Assembly: GCF_031769215.1 (NCBI RefSeq) | Contig: NW_026781945.1 | Coordinates: 1,240,001-1,304,000, forward strand | DNA length: 64,000 nucleotides | Direction: 5' to 3' | Source: Ylistrum balloti | Taxonomy: Eukaryota | Shown here: piece by piece, positions 49,011 to 61,315 of the stretch | Numbering within the stretch: position 1 is the first letter of the stretch | How the letters are laid out: the number at the start of each line of letters is the position of its first letter | The notes under the pieces: model-generated | Databases searched by the model: none | The model's input: only the letters and a program-made list of their open reading frames with translations | Told to the model about the DNA's origin: nothing | Made by a program: the position numbers and the translations under genes

Positions 49011-50856
49011 GACTGGAGGACAACATATTTACATAACAGTTACAACTAAAAACTATCCAGACAAGTGATCAGTGACTGAGTTGAGATCAACATCACAATT
49101 ATAACTAAAACTATCCATTGAAATGGTCAGTGACTGACTGAAGGGCAACATATCAACATCATAAATGTGATTTAAACAACCCAGTCAATTTGACGCTGAC
49201 TCATTGGGCAATCGATCAACATCTCAGATATTACTTATGTCAATCCAGTTGAGCTAACAGTGACAGATAGGAAGGCACAAAAAAAACCTTTAGATTATTA
49301 CTGAAAACTCTCCAGTCAATTTTTACAATTTCTTGATTTTATAGTGAATATTTCACACCCATAAGGCTAGTCATGATCAGAATAATTAATACAAGGGTGT
49401 GTCATATTAATTCTAGGATGTATCATATTCTAGGATTTATCATATCAGTGATGTACAATAATTTGATACAACATGTAAGGTAAAGCTTAGTATACAAATT
49501 ATGTGTCATATAAGTGATATAGCTGGAAGATGTTGTGAGAAGAATTATAATTTTCTTGTAAACAGACACGTTAGTTCATAATGATTTAGTTTGAGAAGTA
49601 GTACCACTGCTAAATATTTAATGATCTGTTAATTGATGTTATAAATAATCATGTTTAGCTAGAACACTGGATGTTATTTTTAAGTAGTTCAGATGTCAAT
49701 TCCATTAAAATTTTTGGAACTTTAATTTGGTGTTACTTATTTAAATAACCATTCTCTATTTCACTTAAGTACAAAAAGGGAATGTCATGGTAGACACAAC
49801 ATTTTTTCCTGGAATATCTAATGAATTCCGATCATTTATGACTTTAGTGCACCAACAACTGTTTAACATACACTATTGTCAGGCAAAGTATTGGGTTACA
49901 TTTGTGGTGAGAAAATTGTAATATGATTGTAACAGGCAACAATTTCAATAAAAGAAGACGAAAACTTTGAAAAACATTTGTAAAATGTAGAAAAAAAGCT
50001 AAATGCAGCATGCAATAGTTAATGAAAATCTGGTGACAGTTTAGGTCAAGTGAATGACTTCTCACAGTCTAGTGTGTTATGAAGGTGACATACGCCATTT
50101 GATTACTGGGATCTACAGCACCACAGAAATGGAGAAAAACGCAAAGATTACCCATGCGTTACAGATGGATGCACAGTCAAGACAAACACATAACACTCTT
50201 CCACAATTACTGGAGTATGGAAATAAGAAAATTAATTAGAAAAATAAGGAAGGGAGATGGCATATAAAGTGATGGTTGTTGACATTCCTTGTTATTGTAC
50301 ACGGTGCCTGTTTAACAGGTCATATTTCATATATGGCTGCATTGTGTAAGTAGGGGATTCTTCATGATGTTGAAGGCAATATGATATTGGTTGAACTCCA
50401 GGTTTAAAATTGCTCACATTGTGATTTATAACTGAGGAAAACATGTCCAATTATGATGTAAAATTATGATAGTGTAATAAAGCTTGATGTGCATTGACAT
50501 TCAAGGCATACCTGTATTTATATTTCAGTAAGTCCGTGTGATAAACATTCCAATTCTGCTGGAAAGACCAGGGGTGGGCTTATTAAACAACAATGAAATC
50601 ACATTTGTTTATAATTCTGCTGATCATCTCTTGATAGAGGTGACTTCCTTATCAGGTCCGGTTTAATGATGGTATTGACTAGTATACAAAAAATGGCTAT
50701 AATTTTTAATATCTGTTTCTCCCTAAAGACAAGATTAATTTCCTTTCAGTTTTCATTTACAAGACAACCATTGGACATCATTTCTTCTTTTACTATGGCA
50801 ATGTTTATGGCATTGGTTTAGATTAGGCAAAGTAACAACACACTAGCACTTTAATG

Positions 50857-51080
50857 ACTTATGATATTGAGCCCTGTATGAAGGTTCTCTATTGACATCA
50901 CATTGGTACAAATTACAATCACTTATGATATTGAGCCCTGTATGAAGGTTCTCTATTGACATCACATTGGTACAAATTACAATCACTTATGATATTGAGC
51001 CCTGTATGAAGGTTCTCTATTGACATCACATTGGTACAAATTACAATCACTTATGATATTGAGCCCTGGATAAAGGTTCT
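50857..51080. repeat. 64-bp tandem repeat, about 3.4 copies
   Basis: acttatgatattgagccctgtatgaaggttctctattgacatcacattggtacaaattacaatc at 50857, 50921, 50985 and 51049. Confidence 0.95.
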
Positions 51081-54000
51081 CACTTAACAATGGTACAAAT
51101 TAAAATGACATTTTCTACATTACAAAGATTTGATGTATATGAAATTTTTAGACAAATTCTTTTATGCCTCCTCCGTGATCAAAGTATGCAGCTTTTCTTT
51201 TGTTTGACGGTTCCACTGCTGACCTTTTCCCGTCTAATACAAGGACATTGTGACCTCTATAAGAACTTTCATTGACTTTTGGTATAGATGTATTGGTTCC
51301 AGCACACACACCTCTTGGTGACAGGTTTCTGCATGGACTTCAGATTGAGTATGGAAAGATGTAACATGGAGGCACTGCCTCACTTATCCAAAATGAAACC
51401 AACGCAACCTTTTTTTACCTTTTCAACCTTTGCACTCTGATACAAAAATTGACCTGAACTCTTATATCATTTGGGTATAATATGAAAGACTTTAAATGGA
51501 AAAGATAAAAAAAAACCCATAGAATATGGAAACATGCATGTATCTTTTTATAGTGCAGTATAATGAAAGTGTTTTTACTAATACAGGAGATGTTCATGGC
51601 ATTTCCTGTACACTGTCATAACAGAAAGCAGTGACATTTACGATCCATTGAAAACACAACAGTGAGAATGGCTATAGTGCATCCATCAAGATGTCTGAAA
51701 TAAATTCATTTAGTCGAAATACAATCAAGTATACATACCATGGCAAAAACCTCAGGTATTAGCAATGTAAATATGATTAATGTCCTGTTTGGTGTATCAT
51801 TTATAGTTGATATTAATGACATGAAATTTAGAGTTTGACTGAATTTTTACAAGCCCTTCACCTCTGGGTTGTGAGTTGGAGACTTAGGTGGGGCAGTCGC
51901 AAGGTACTGGCTACAGCTAAAAGGTTTCTGCACCACCCAAGCCTGCCATTTTGTTCAATAACCCTCGCTGTTATAGGCAACAAAAAGCTAAACCAGCTGC
52001 AGGCAAATTTACCTTTTATAAAGAGGCGAAGAGATACACCACAATTACTTTGTTATTTTGATCCCTCTGGGCCACCATAGTTTACCTGTCTACATCTGAT
52101 ATGTACCTCATGTGTATTTCTACATTACATCCACCAGCTGTATACATTAACTAAACATAGCCTAGGTGCTTGTGTGTGGCATGACCATCAAACTATACAC
52201 CTAGCCAACACTATATATCATGTTTCAGTGGAATAGCTGGTGGAGATTTCAATATACACCAAATGTATACTTAAACAAGAAGACAATTACATGTTCATGG
52301 ATGTTGAACTTTAAACATTTTTGAGTGGTACATACATATATGACATGTAATCCCAGTAAATGAAAATTGCACATTTTTTAAAAAGTCTGCTGTTGCTAAA
52401 TACAGGATATATTGAATGGATATTGAAATTTTTTTGTACCACTCCCAGATACTTGTTTAGGAGCTTAGTGGGAATTTTCTTTGCATTCACCAACTCCTAT
52501 TCATTAAGGTACAAAAATATGGGCCAAGATTTCAATTACAATGTAATGATATTTGATACTTCGTGTGAACACATCCTGTTTGTCCTATAGTTGAATACAG
52601 ACAGACTTTGTCCCACAATAGTATACAGACAATGTGTATTGTTGATTTGTCGGCCATTGTTGTAAGTCTGGCTCAGTCCCAGTGAGCCGACCTAGTGCAT
52701 GGCCTGGTGGTGTCTACAGCCTGTATGTGTACACACCAGCTCACATATACTTGGCAGCTCACTGCAAGGCTCAGATCTGCCAGCCACAAAATCAATGATC
52801 CATCTGTAAGGCTGCTTGTGTTCAGTAAAAACCCCCATGTAACCATAGAAACCAGATATCGGGAGGTCTGAGCTGTCAGGCTCACATGACTGGGGTTACC
52901 AAAGGGTTACTGGGGCCAAGCAAGGGGGAAATACATCACATCAAAGTGATATTGATGAAACTTGTAACAGAAAAAGAATAGATATTCAAATTTAATGTGT
53001 TGAAAACTGCAATCAGCAGAAGTTGATATTGAGTAATTTTTGTATTGTTTATAGACCATATCCTCACATTACTAGTTGACATAGGAGAAGAACCATTAAC
53101 CATGTCCAATTCTATGACTGGTATAAGTTTTGTTACATAATTTATGTAAAATGAAAAATGTTTAAAAACAAGATTTGCTTGACTGCTTGAAAGTATTGCC
53201 ATATTTGTGAAGTAACTTTTCCACACAGACAAGTTTGTCAAGTTTTATATTACATACAAAATGTAGAGAAAAAAACACATTTTGGCAGCCATATTGGATA
53301 TTCATCAAATTTGTGATGAAATTGATTACACTGGGATTCTTGTATCACACTGTTTTTAATTGTGATAAAAAAAACCTCCACTATCAACAACATGATAAAT
53401 AGGAATGGTATACATGTATTCTTCCTAGCCTATCTAAAGGGTCAACCTTTGTGCTCTAGTCCAGTTAGGTCAACTAGCTATGCACATAGTGTGTTGTATA
53501 GACAGTGAAGAGATAAAGCAGACCAGATCTATTACAGTAATGGATTTTCTGGATGTTAGTGGGAACTGGTCCAGGTTGTTAGCGCAGATATATCTGGCAG
53601 AGCTAAGGAGCCAGCACTCATGTCTACCAGATCCTTCTCCTCTGGATAGTAACCCCAGACCTATAACAAATTTACATTTAGAGATTTTTATTTCCAAACA
53701 TAAAAATTATATTTGTAGACATAGTCACAAAATCAGTATAAAATTGTCTGTATGGCTGTCTTATTTGAGAACTACTTTTCAGTCAGTGTTGATTATGCAT
53801 TTCTATATTCTTGAATAATGTCATGAAATATTGGGTATAGGTGCATTCATTTTCTAACAGGTTCAGTGAGTTTGTACTTCATATTACTACACTACAACAC
53901 TGACAAACAGTGTAGCAATGCGTAAATTATTATGTAAGAAATATGCATCCCTTGTCATGCATGGGATATCTTTATTACATAGTCTGTTGCCTGTACGATT

Positions 54001-54700
54001 AATAATGTATTATCTAATGTTGTGTGTCTCTGCTTAGCTAAGTAGGGCATGGTGTCTACTGGGCCTGGCTGACAACTGCTGTGGTGTATACACACAGTGT
54101 GGTGGTAGGCTGGTGGTGGTAGGTGTGCTCTGATGGTGTGTTGTGGTTGTTGTAGCTGGCGTAGCTGTATCTCTGCAGCGTAGCTAGCTGTAGGCAGACA
54201 AAGCTGGGTCTTGTGACCAGCTGTACCTTGTACAAGGTCAAAAGGTCACCTGGCATATAGTTACTAACTGACAGGGGCTCAACAAAGGGGTAGAAACAAG
54301 TATAAGCACAGACATGAAGGAATATTTACAACATCCTGAAGTTTCTCTCTGGAGTTTGGAGGGATCACTACTGGCCAAAATATACAAATTCTTCAGAGAT
54401 GTTTTTGTAATGGAAGGAACTAATTAGTCCCATAGCTGATAAATATTATTTTTGAAGTCTTAATTAATACAAATATTGCTTTTCCTTCTGCATAAATACT
54501 GAAAAACACAGATCACAACTTGTGCAGCACGAAATATTTGATAGTTACTTTATACTTACAGATATATATGTAGTAACACTTTGTTATACCTTCATATATT
54601 AATTGTAAACAGCACTCTTTACATCCCCTTTATAACGTAAACTTAATCATAACTTGTTTTGAGACATTTCCTGGTTAATAGAAAGTCAATTATTTCACAT

Positions 54701-57700
54701 ACTGAGACATCCCTTGGTAAACAGGAAGTATTTCATTTACTGAGACATCCCTCGGTAAACAGGAAGTATTTTATTTACTCAGACATCCCTTGGTAAACAG
54801 GAAGTATTTTTATTACAGAGACATCCCTTGGTAAACAGGAAGTATTTCATTTACTGAGACATCCCTCTGTAAACAGGAAGTAAATCATTTACTGAGACAT
54901 CCCTTGGTAAACAGGAAGTATTTCATTTACTGAGACATCCCTCTGTAAACAGGAAGTAAATCATTTACTGAGACATCCCTTGGTAAACAGGAAGTATTTC
55001 ATTTACTGAGACATCCCTCTGTAAACAGGAAGTATTTCATTTACTGAGACATCCCTTGGTAAACAGGAAGTATTTCATTTACTGAGACATCCCTTGGTAA
55101 ACAGGAAGTATTTCATTTACTGAGACATCCCTTGGTAAACAGGAAGTATTTCATTTACTGAGACATCCCTCTGTAAACAGGAAGTATTTCATTTACTGAG
55201 ACATCCCTCTGTAAACAGGAAGTATTTCATTTACTGAGACATCCCTTGGTAAACAGGAAGTATTTCATTTACTGAGACATCCCTTGGTAAACAGGAAGTA
55301 TTTCATTTACTGAGACATCCCTCTGTAAACAGGAGTATTTCATTTACTGAGACATCCCTCGGTAAACAGGAAGTATTTCATTTACTGAGACATCCCTTGG
55401 TAAACAGGAAGTATTTCATTTACTGAGACATCCCTTGGTAAACAGGAAGTATTTCATTTACTGAGACATCCCTCTGTAAACAGGAGTATTTCATTTACTG
55501 AGACATCCCTTGGTAAACAGGAAGTATTACATTTACTGAGACATCCCTTGGTAAACAGGAAGTATTTCATTTACTGAGACATCCCTCTGTAAACAGGAAG
55601 TATTTCATTTACTGAGACATCCCTCTGTAAACAGGAAGTATTTCATTTACTGAGACATCCCTCTGTAAACAGGAGTATTTCATTTACTGAGACATCCCTC
55701 GGTAAACAGGAAGTATTTCATTTACTGACATCCCTCTGTAAAAGTATTTCATTTACTGAGACATCCCTCGGTAAACAGGAAGTATTTCATTTACTGAGAC
55801 ATCCCTTGGTAAACAGGAAGTATTTCATTTACTGAGACATCCCTTGGTAAACAGGAAGTATTTCATTTACTGAGACATCCCTTGGTAAACAGGAAGTATT
55901 TCATTTACTGAGACATCCCTCTGTAAACAGGAAGTATTTCATTTACTGAGACATCCCTCTGTAAACAGGAAGTATTTCATTTACTGAGACATCCCTTGGT
56001 AAACAGGAAGTATTTCATTTACTGAGACATCCCTTGGTAAACAGGAAGTATTTCATTTACTGAGACATCCCTCTGTAAACAGGAAGTATTTCATTTACTG
56101 AGACATCCCTTGGTAAACAGGAAGTATTTCATTTACTGAGACATACCTTGGTTAACAGGAATATTTCATTTACTGGGACATCCCTTGGTAATCAGGAGTA
56201 TTTCATTTACTGAGACATCCCTCTGTAAACAGGAAGTATTTCATTTACTGAGACATCCCTTGGTAAACAGGAAGTATTTCATTTACTGAGACATCCTTCT
56301 GTAAACAGGAAGTATTTCATTTACTGAGACATCCCTTGGTAAACAGGAAGTATTTCATTTACTGAGACATCCCTTGGTAAACAGGAAGTATTTCATTTAC
56401 TGAGACATCCCTCTGTAAACAGGAAGTATTTCATTTACTGAGACATCCCTTGGTAAACAGGAAGTATTTCATTTACTGAGACATCCCTTGGTAAACAGGA
56501 AGTATTTCATTTACTGAGACATCCCTCTGTAAACAGGAAGTATTTCATTTACTGAGACATCCCTTGGTAAACAGGAAGTATTTCATTTACTGAGACATCC
56601 CTCTGTAAACAGGAAGTATTTCATTTACTGAGACATCCCTTGGTAAACAGGAAGTATTTCATTTACTGAGACATCCCTCGGTAAACAGGAAGTATTTCAT
56701 TTACTGAGACATCCCTCTGTAAACAGGAAGTATTTCATTTACTGAGACATCCCTTGGTAAACAGGAAGTATTTCATTTACTGAGACATCCCTTGGTAAAC
56801 AGGAAGTATTTCATTTACTGAGACATCCTCTGTAAACAGGAAGTATTTCATTTACTGAGACATCCCTTGGTAAACAGGAAGTATTTCATTTACTGAGACA
56901 TCCCTTGGTAAACAGGAAGTATTTCATTTACTGAGACATCCCTTGGTAAACAGGAAGTATTTCATTTACTGAGACATCCCTCTGTAAACAGGAAGTATTT
57001 CATTTACTGAGACATCCCTGGTAAACAGGAAGTAAACAGGAAGTATTTCATTTACTGGGACATCCCTTGGTAAACAGGAAGTATTTCATTTACTGAGACA
57101 TCCTTCGGTAAACAGGAAGTATTTTATTTACTGAGACATCCCTCGGCAAACAGGAAGTATTTTTATTACTGGGACATCCCTTGGTAAACAGGAAGTATTT
57201 CATTTACTGAGACATCCTTCGGTAAACAGGAAGTATTTTATTTACTGAGACATCCCTCGGCAAACAGGAAGTATTTTTATTACAGAGACATCCCTTGGTA
57301 AACAGGAAGTATTTCATTTACTGAGACATCCCTTGGTAAACAGGAAGTATTTCATTTACTGAGACATCCCTTGGTTAACAGGAAGTATTTCATTTACTGG
57401 GACATCCCTTGGTTAACAGGAATATTTCATTTACTGGGACATCCCTTGGTAAACAGGAGTATTTCATTTACTGAGACATCCCTCTGTAAACAGGAAGTAT
57501 TTCATTTACTGAGACATCCCTTGGTTAACAGGAATATTTCATTTACTGGGACATCCCTTGGTAAACAGGAGTATTTCATTTACTGAGACATCCCTCCGTA
57601 AACAGGAAGTAAATCATTTACTGAGACATCCCTCCGTAAACAGGAAGTAAATCATTTACTGAGACATCCCTTGGTTAACAGGAGTATTTCATTTACTGGG

Positions 57701-57790
57701 ACATCCCTTGGTTAACAGGAGTATTTCATTTACTGAGACATCCCTTGGTTAACAGGAGTATTTCATTTACTGAGACATCCCTTGGTTTAC
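54701..57790. repeat. 38-bp tandem minisatellite, about 80 copies (3.1 kb)
   Basis: Unit actgagacatccct(tg/ct/cg)gtaaacaggaagtatttcattt with period 38 and no unique spacers. Confidence 0.98.
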
Positions 57791-58068
57791 ATGTAGGAAT
57801 TCATTTCATATACTTAGAAATCCCTTGATAAACAGGAAATCAATTATTTCCTAGACCGAGATATCCCCTGGTGAATAGTTCATACAATGAGACATCCTTT
57901 GGTAAACAGGAAGTCAATTGTTTGTGTACCTTTCTTATTTCATGAGATTTGACAGGAACAATTGTTATAAAAAGCATCAAATGTTCATTGCTGGTTATAG
58001 GCTAAAACTACAAGAATAGAATTTTCTATTTCTCGTTTCTTCCCTAACCTTCCATCGGCTCCATACAG

Positions 58069-58083
58069 AACAGCCTCTTTTTG
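58069..58083 (+). CDS. Candidate 15-nt phase 1-1 microexon upstream of the DUF3504 cassette
   Basis: Long pyrimidine tract with a ctaac branch-like motif ending catacag|, then aacagcctctttttg, then |gtaagg. Encodes (E)QPLF in frame. Confidence 0.4.
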
Positions 58084-58161
58084 GTAAGGGATTTCACAAG
58101 AAACAGTTGTGTAAATCTCCATGTGCATGATATATATACAGTAGATTTAGTCTTTATGTAG

Positions 58162-58332
58162 TTGGTCGCTATAGTGACGCAGTCATTCACGTTTGGTCGT
58201 CGCCATTGACAGGCACATCCAGCTGTCCCGAGGACCTAACTTTCTCCCCAGGACATGACGCAGCACCTAACTACGTGTACCTGGACACGGGAGACATTCA
58301 AACAGTGCAGTGGGCGCTTAAGCTCTTCAGAG
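58162..58332 (+). CDS. V21a: first exon of the Crypton/DUF3504-derived cassette (not in the ORF track)
   Basis: Two in-frame phase-1 acceptors: tctttatgtag| at 58162 and ctaactttctccccag| at 58252. Ends IQTVQWALKLFR G|gtgggt, matching the T..WA...F..FL motif that starts DUF3504-type domains. Confidence 0.72.
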
Positions 58333-58429
58333 GTGGGTAAAACATATATCCTTTCCTTTATGTTTTCTTCTGTCATCACTGTACATTATGTGTAGGTAAT
58401 ATGTTAGGACCCCATGGAATTACCTGTGC

Positions 58430-59710
58430 CTTTACTGTAGGTGATATGTAAAAACTGATCCACTAGCTGTCCCATTTACTGTAGGTAATACGGTAGTGAC
58501 CTGATCCACTAGCTGGCCCAATACTATAGGTAATACGGTAGTGACTTATCCACTAGCTGGCCCACTTACTATAGGTAATACGGTAGTGACCTATCCACTA
58601 GCTGGCCCATTTACTCTAGGTTATATGGTAGTAACCTGATCCACTAGCTGGCCCATTTACTGTAGGTAATAAGGTAGTGACCTGATCCACTAGCTGGCCC
58701 ATTTACTGTAGGTAATACGGTAGTGACATATACACTAGCTGGCCCATTTACTATAGCTTATATGGTAGTGACCTGATCCACTAGCTGGCCCATTTACTGT
58801 CTGTAATATGATAGAAACCTGATCCACTAGTTGGCCCATTTACTGTAGGTAATACGGTAGTGACCTATACACTAGCTGGCCCCTTTACTGTAGGTAATAT
58901 GGTAGTGACCTGTCCACTAGTTGGCCCATTACTGTTGGTAATATGGTAGTGACCTGTCCACTAGATGGCCAGTTTACTGGAGGTAATATGGTAGTGACCT
59001 GTCCACAGTCTGGCCCATTTACTGTAGGTAATATGGTAGTGACCTATACACTAGCTGGCCCATTTACTGAAGGTAATATGGTAGTGACCTGTCCACAGCC
59101 TGGCCCATTTACTGTAGGTAATATGGTAGTGACCTATACACTAGCTGGCCCATTTACTGAAGGTAATATGGTAGTGACCTGTCCACAGCCTGGCCCATTT
59201 ACTGTAGGTAATATGATAGAAACCTGATCCACTAGCTGGCCCATTTACTGTCTGTAATATGATAGAAACCTGATCCACTAGCTGGCCCATTTACTGTAGG
59301 TAATACGGTAGTGACCTATACACTAGCTGGCCCATTTACTGAAGGTAATATGGTAGTGACCTGTCCATTAGCTTGCCCATTTACTTTAGGTAATACGGTA
59401 GTGACCTGATCCGCTAGCTGGCCCATTTACTATAGGTAATATGGTAGTGACCTGTTCCACTAGCTGGCCCATTTACTGTAGGTAATATGGTAGAGACCTA
59501 TCCACTAGCTGGCCCATTTACTATAGGTAATACAGTAGTGACCTATACACTAGCTGGCCCATTTACTATAGCTTATATGGTAGTGACCTGATCCACTAGC
59601 TGGCCCATTTACTGTCGGTAATACGGTAGGGGCCTGATCCACTAACTGGCCGATTTACTGAAGGTAATATGGTAGTGACCTGTCCACAGCCTGGCTTTTT
59701 TGCTGTAGGT
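58430..59710. repeat. 45/46-bp tandem minisatellite, about 28 copies
   Basis: Unit actgtaggtaatatggtagtgacctgatccactagctggcccattt with variants. Confidence 0.96.
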
Positions 59711-60365
59711 TATGTGGTAGCAACTGAATGCACTACAGCAAAAAGAAATTCAAATGAAAAAATAAATTAAACAGTTTACAGATTTGGCTTTGATTCTACA
59801 ATCTCTGGCTGAATTAATTCAGATTTTTTGAAAGTCGAAATTAAATTTTAGTTTGCCTGAATCAAGGTAGGAAATCTGAATACAAAATGGGAGATATAGC
59901 TGATACTTTTAAAAGATGACTGGAAAAGTTGAAAGAACTTCATTTCTTAGATAAAGCAACAAACATCAACAAGGTGTGTTAGTTTTAAAAATTGAAGTTT
60001 TGATTTAAAAGTGGGATAGTTAAACCTTTGCTATAAAGTTTTTGGAATTTTTATAATTTATTTTGGATTCTATATGATTGCAGGTATTCAATCTTAATCA
60101 CAAAATCACTGATCATATCATCCTATACATATATCCAATACATAGAACATGAATTGTAAATTCTGATTTTTATTTTCCATCAGAATGATATTGCTATAAA
60201 ATGCATATGCTGTGGTATTGAAACCTTTAGATTTTGCCAAAACTATTAAAATATGTGAAAGATACAAGAAGAGCATGTATTCCCATAAATATTTTGGCCG
60301 CCATCTGCTTTAGTGATAATAATCATAGTAAGTACATCACTACAATATGTGTTACATTAGGTTTA

Positions 60366-61008
60366 TTTCTTTGATCCTATCCATGTAGGTAGGGCTTACT
60401 TCTTTGATCCTATCCATGTAGGTAGGGCTTACTTCTTTGATCCTATCCATGTAAGTAGGGCTTACTTCTTTGATCCTATCCATGTAGGTAGGGCTTACTT
60501 CTTTGAGCCTTTCCATGTAAGTAGGGCTTACTTCTTTGAGCCTATCCATGTAGGTAGGGCTTACTTCTTTGAGCCTATCCATGTAGGTCTTACATCTCTG
60601 AGCCTATCCATGTAAGTAGGGCTTACTTCTATGATCCTATCCATGTAGGTAGGGCTTACTTCTTTGAGCCTATCCATGTAGGTAGGACTTACTTCTTTGA
60701 TCCTATCCATGTAGGTAGGGCTTACTTCTTTGATCCTATCCATGTAGGTAGGACTTATTTCTTTGAGCCTATCCATGTAGGTAGGGCTTACTTCTTTGAT
60801 CCTATCCATGTAGGTAGGGCTTACTTCTTTGATCCTATCCATGTAGGTAGGGCTTACTTCTTTGATCCTATCCATGTAGGTAGGGCTTACTTCTTTGATC
60901 CTATCCATGTAGGTAGGGCTTACTTCTTTGAGCCTATCCATGTAGGTATGGGTTATATCTTTGAGCCTATTAATGGAGGTAGGGCTTATTTCTTTGATCC
61001 TATCCATA
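60366..61008. repeat. 33-bp tandem minisatellite, about 19 copies
   Basis: Unit ctttgatcctatccatgtaggtagggcttactt. The spurious minus-strand ORFs have an 11-aa period. Confidence 0.96.
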
Positions 61009-61315
61009 TAATTTGTTGCCTTTGTTACATAAATGTCAGTTGCTGCTAAAAGGCTCTTACCATCATTGCAGGATATGACATGAATTTTTAACTATTTTAA
61101 TCAACAAATAAACAAATTTAAAGATTTTTCATATTTATCTGTAAATCAATTTTGTTTTCATGTCAAAAGCAGTAAGCTATCCAAAAATAATCTTCTTGAT
61201 GATTTTCTAGAATATGAATAATTGAAGCACGGCGAAATCTTTTTTCATTTAACGGTATGAGGTTTCCCAACATCACTGTTTATGTATAATTTATGATGTG
61301 TTCATTTGGTTGTAG

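Noticed and set aside
52591-52661. Possible small exon (tgtcctatag| ... |gtaagt)
   Set aside because: It would end in phase 0 with no partner exon identified, and the peptide is not domain-like.
54701-57790. 38-bp array as a CRISPR array
   Set aside because: The units abut with no unique spacers, there are no cas genes and the context is eukaryotic. The same applies to the other tandem arrays.
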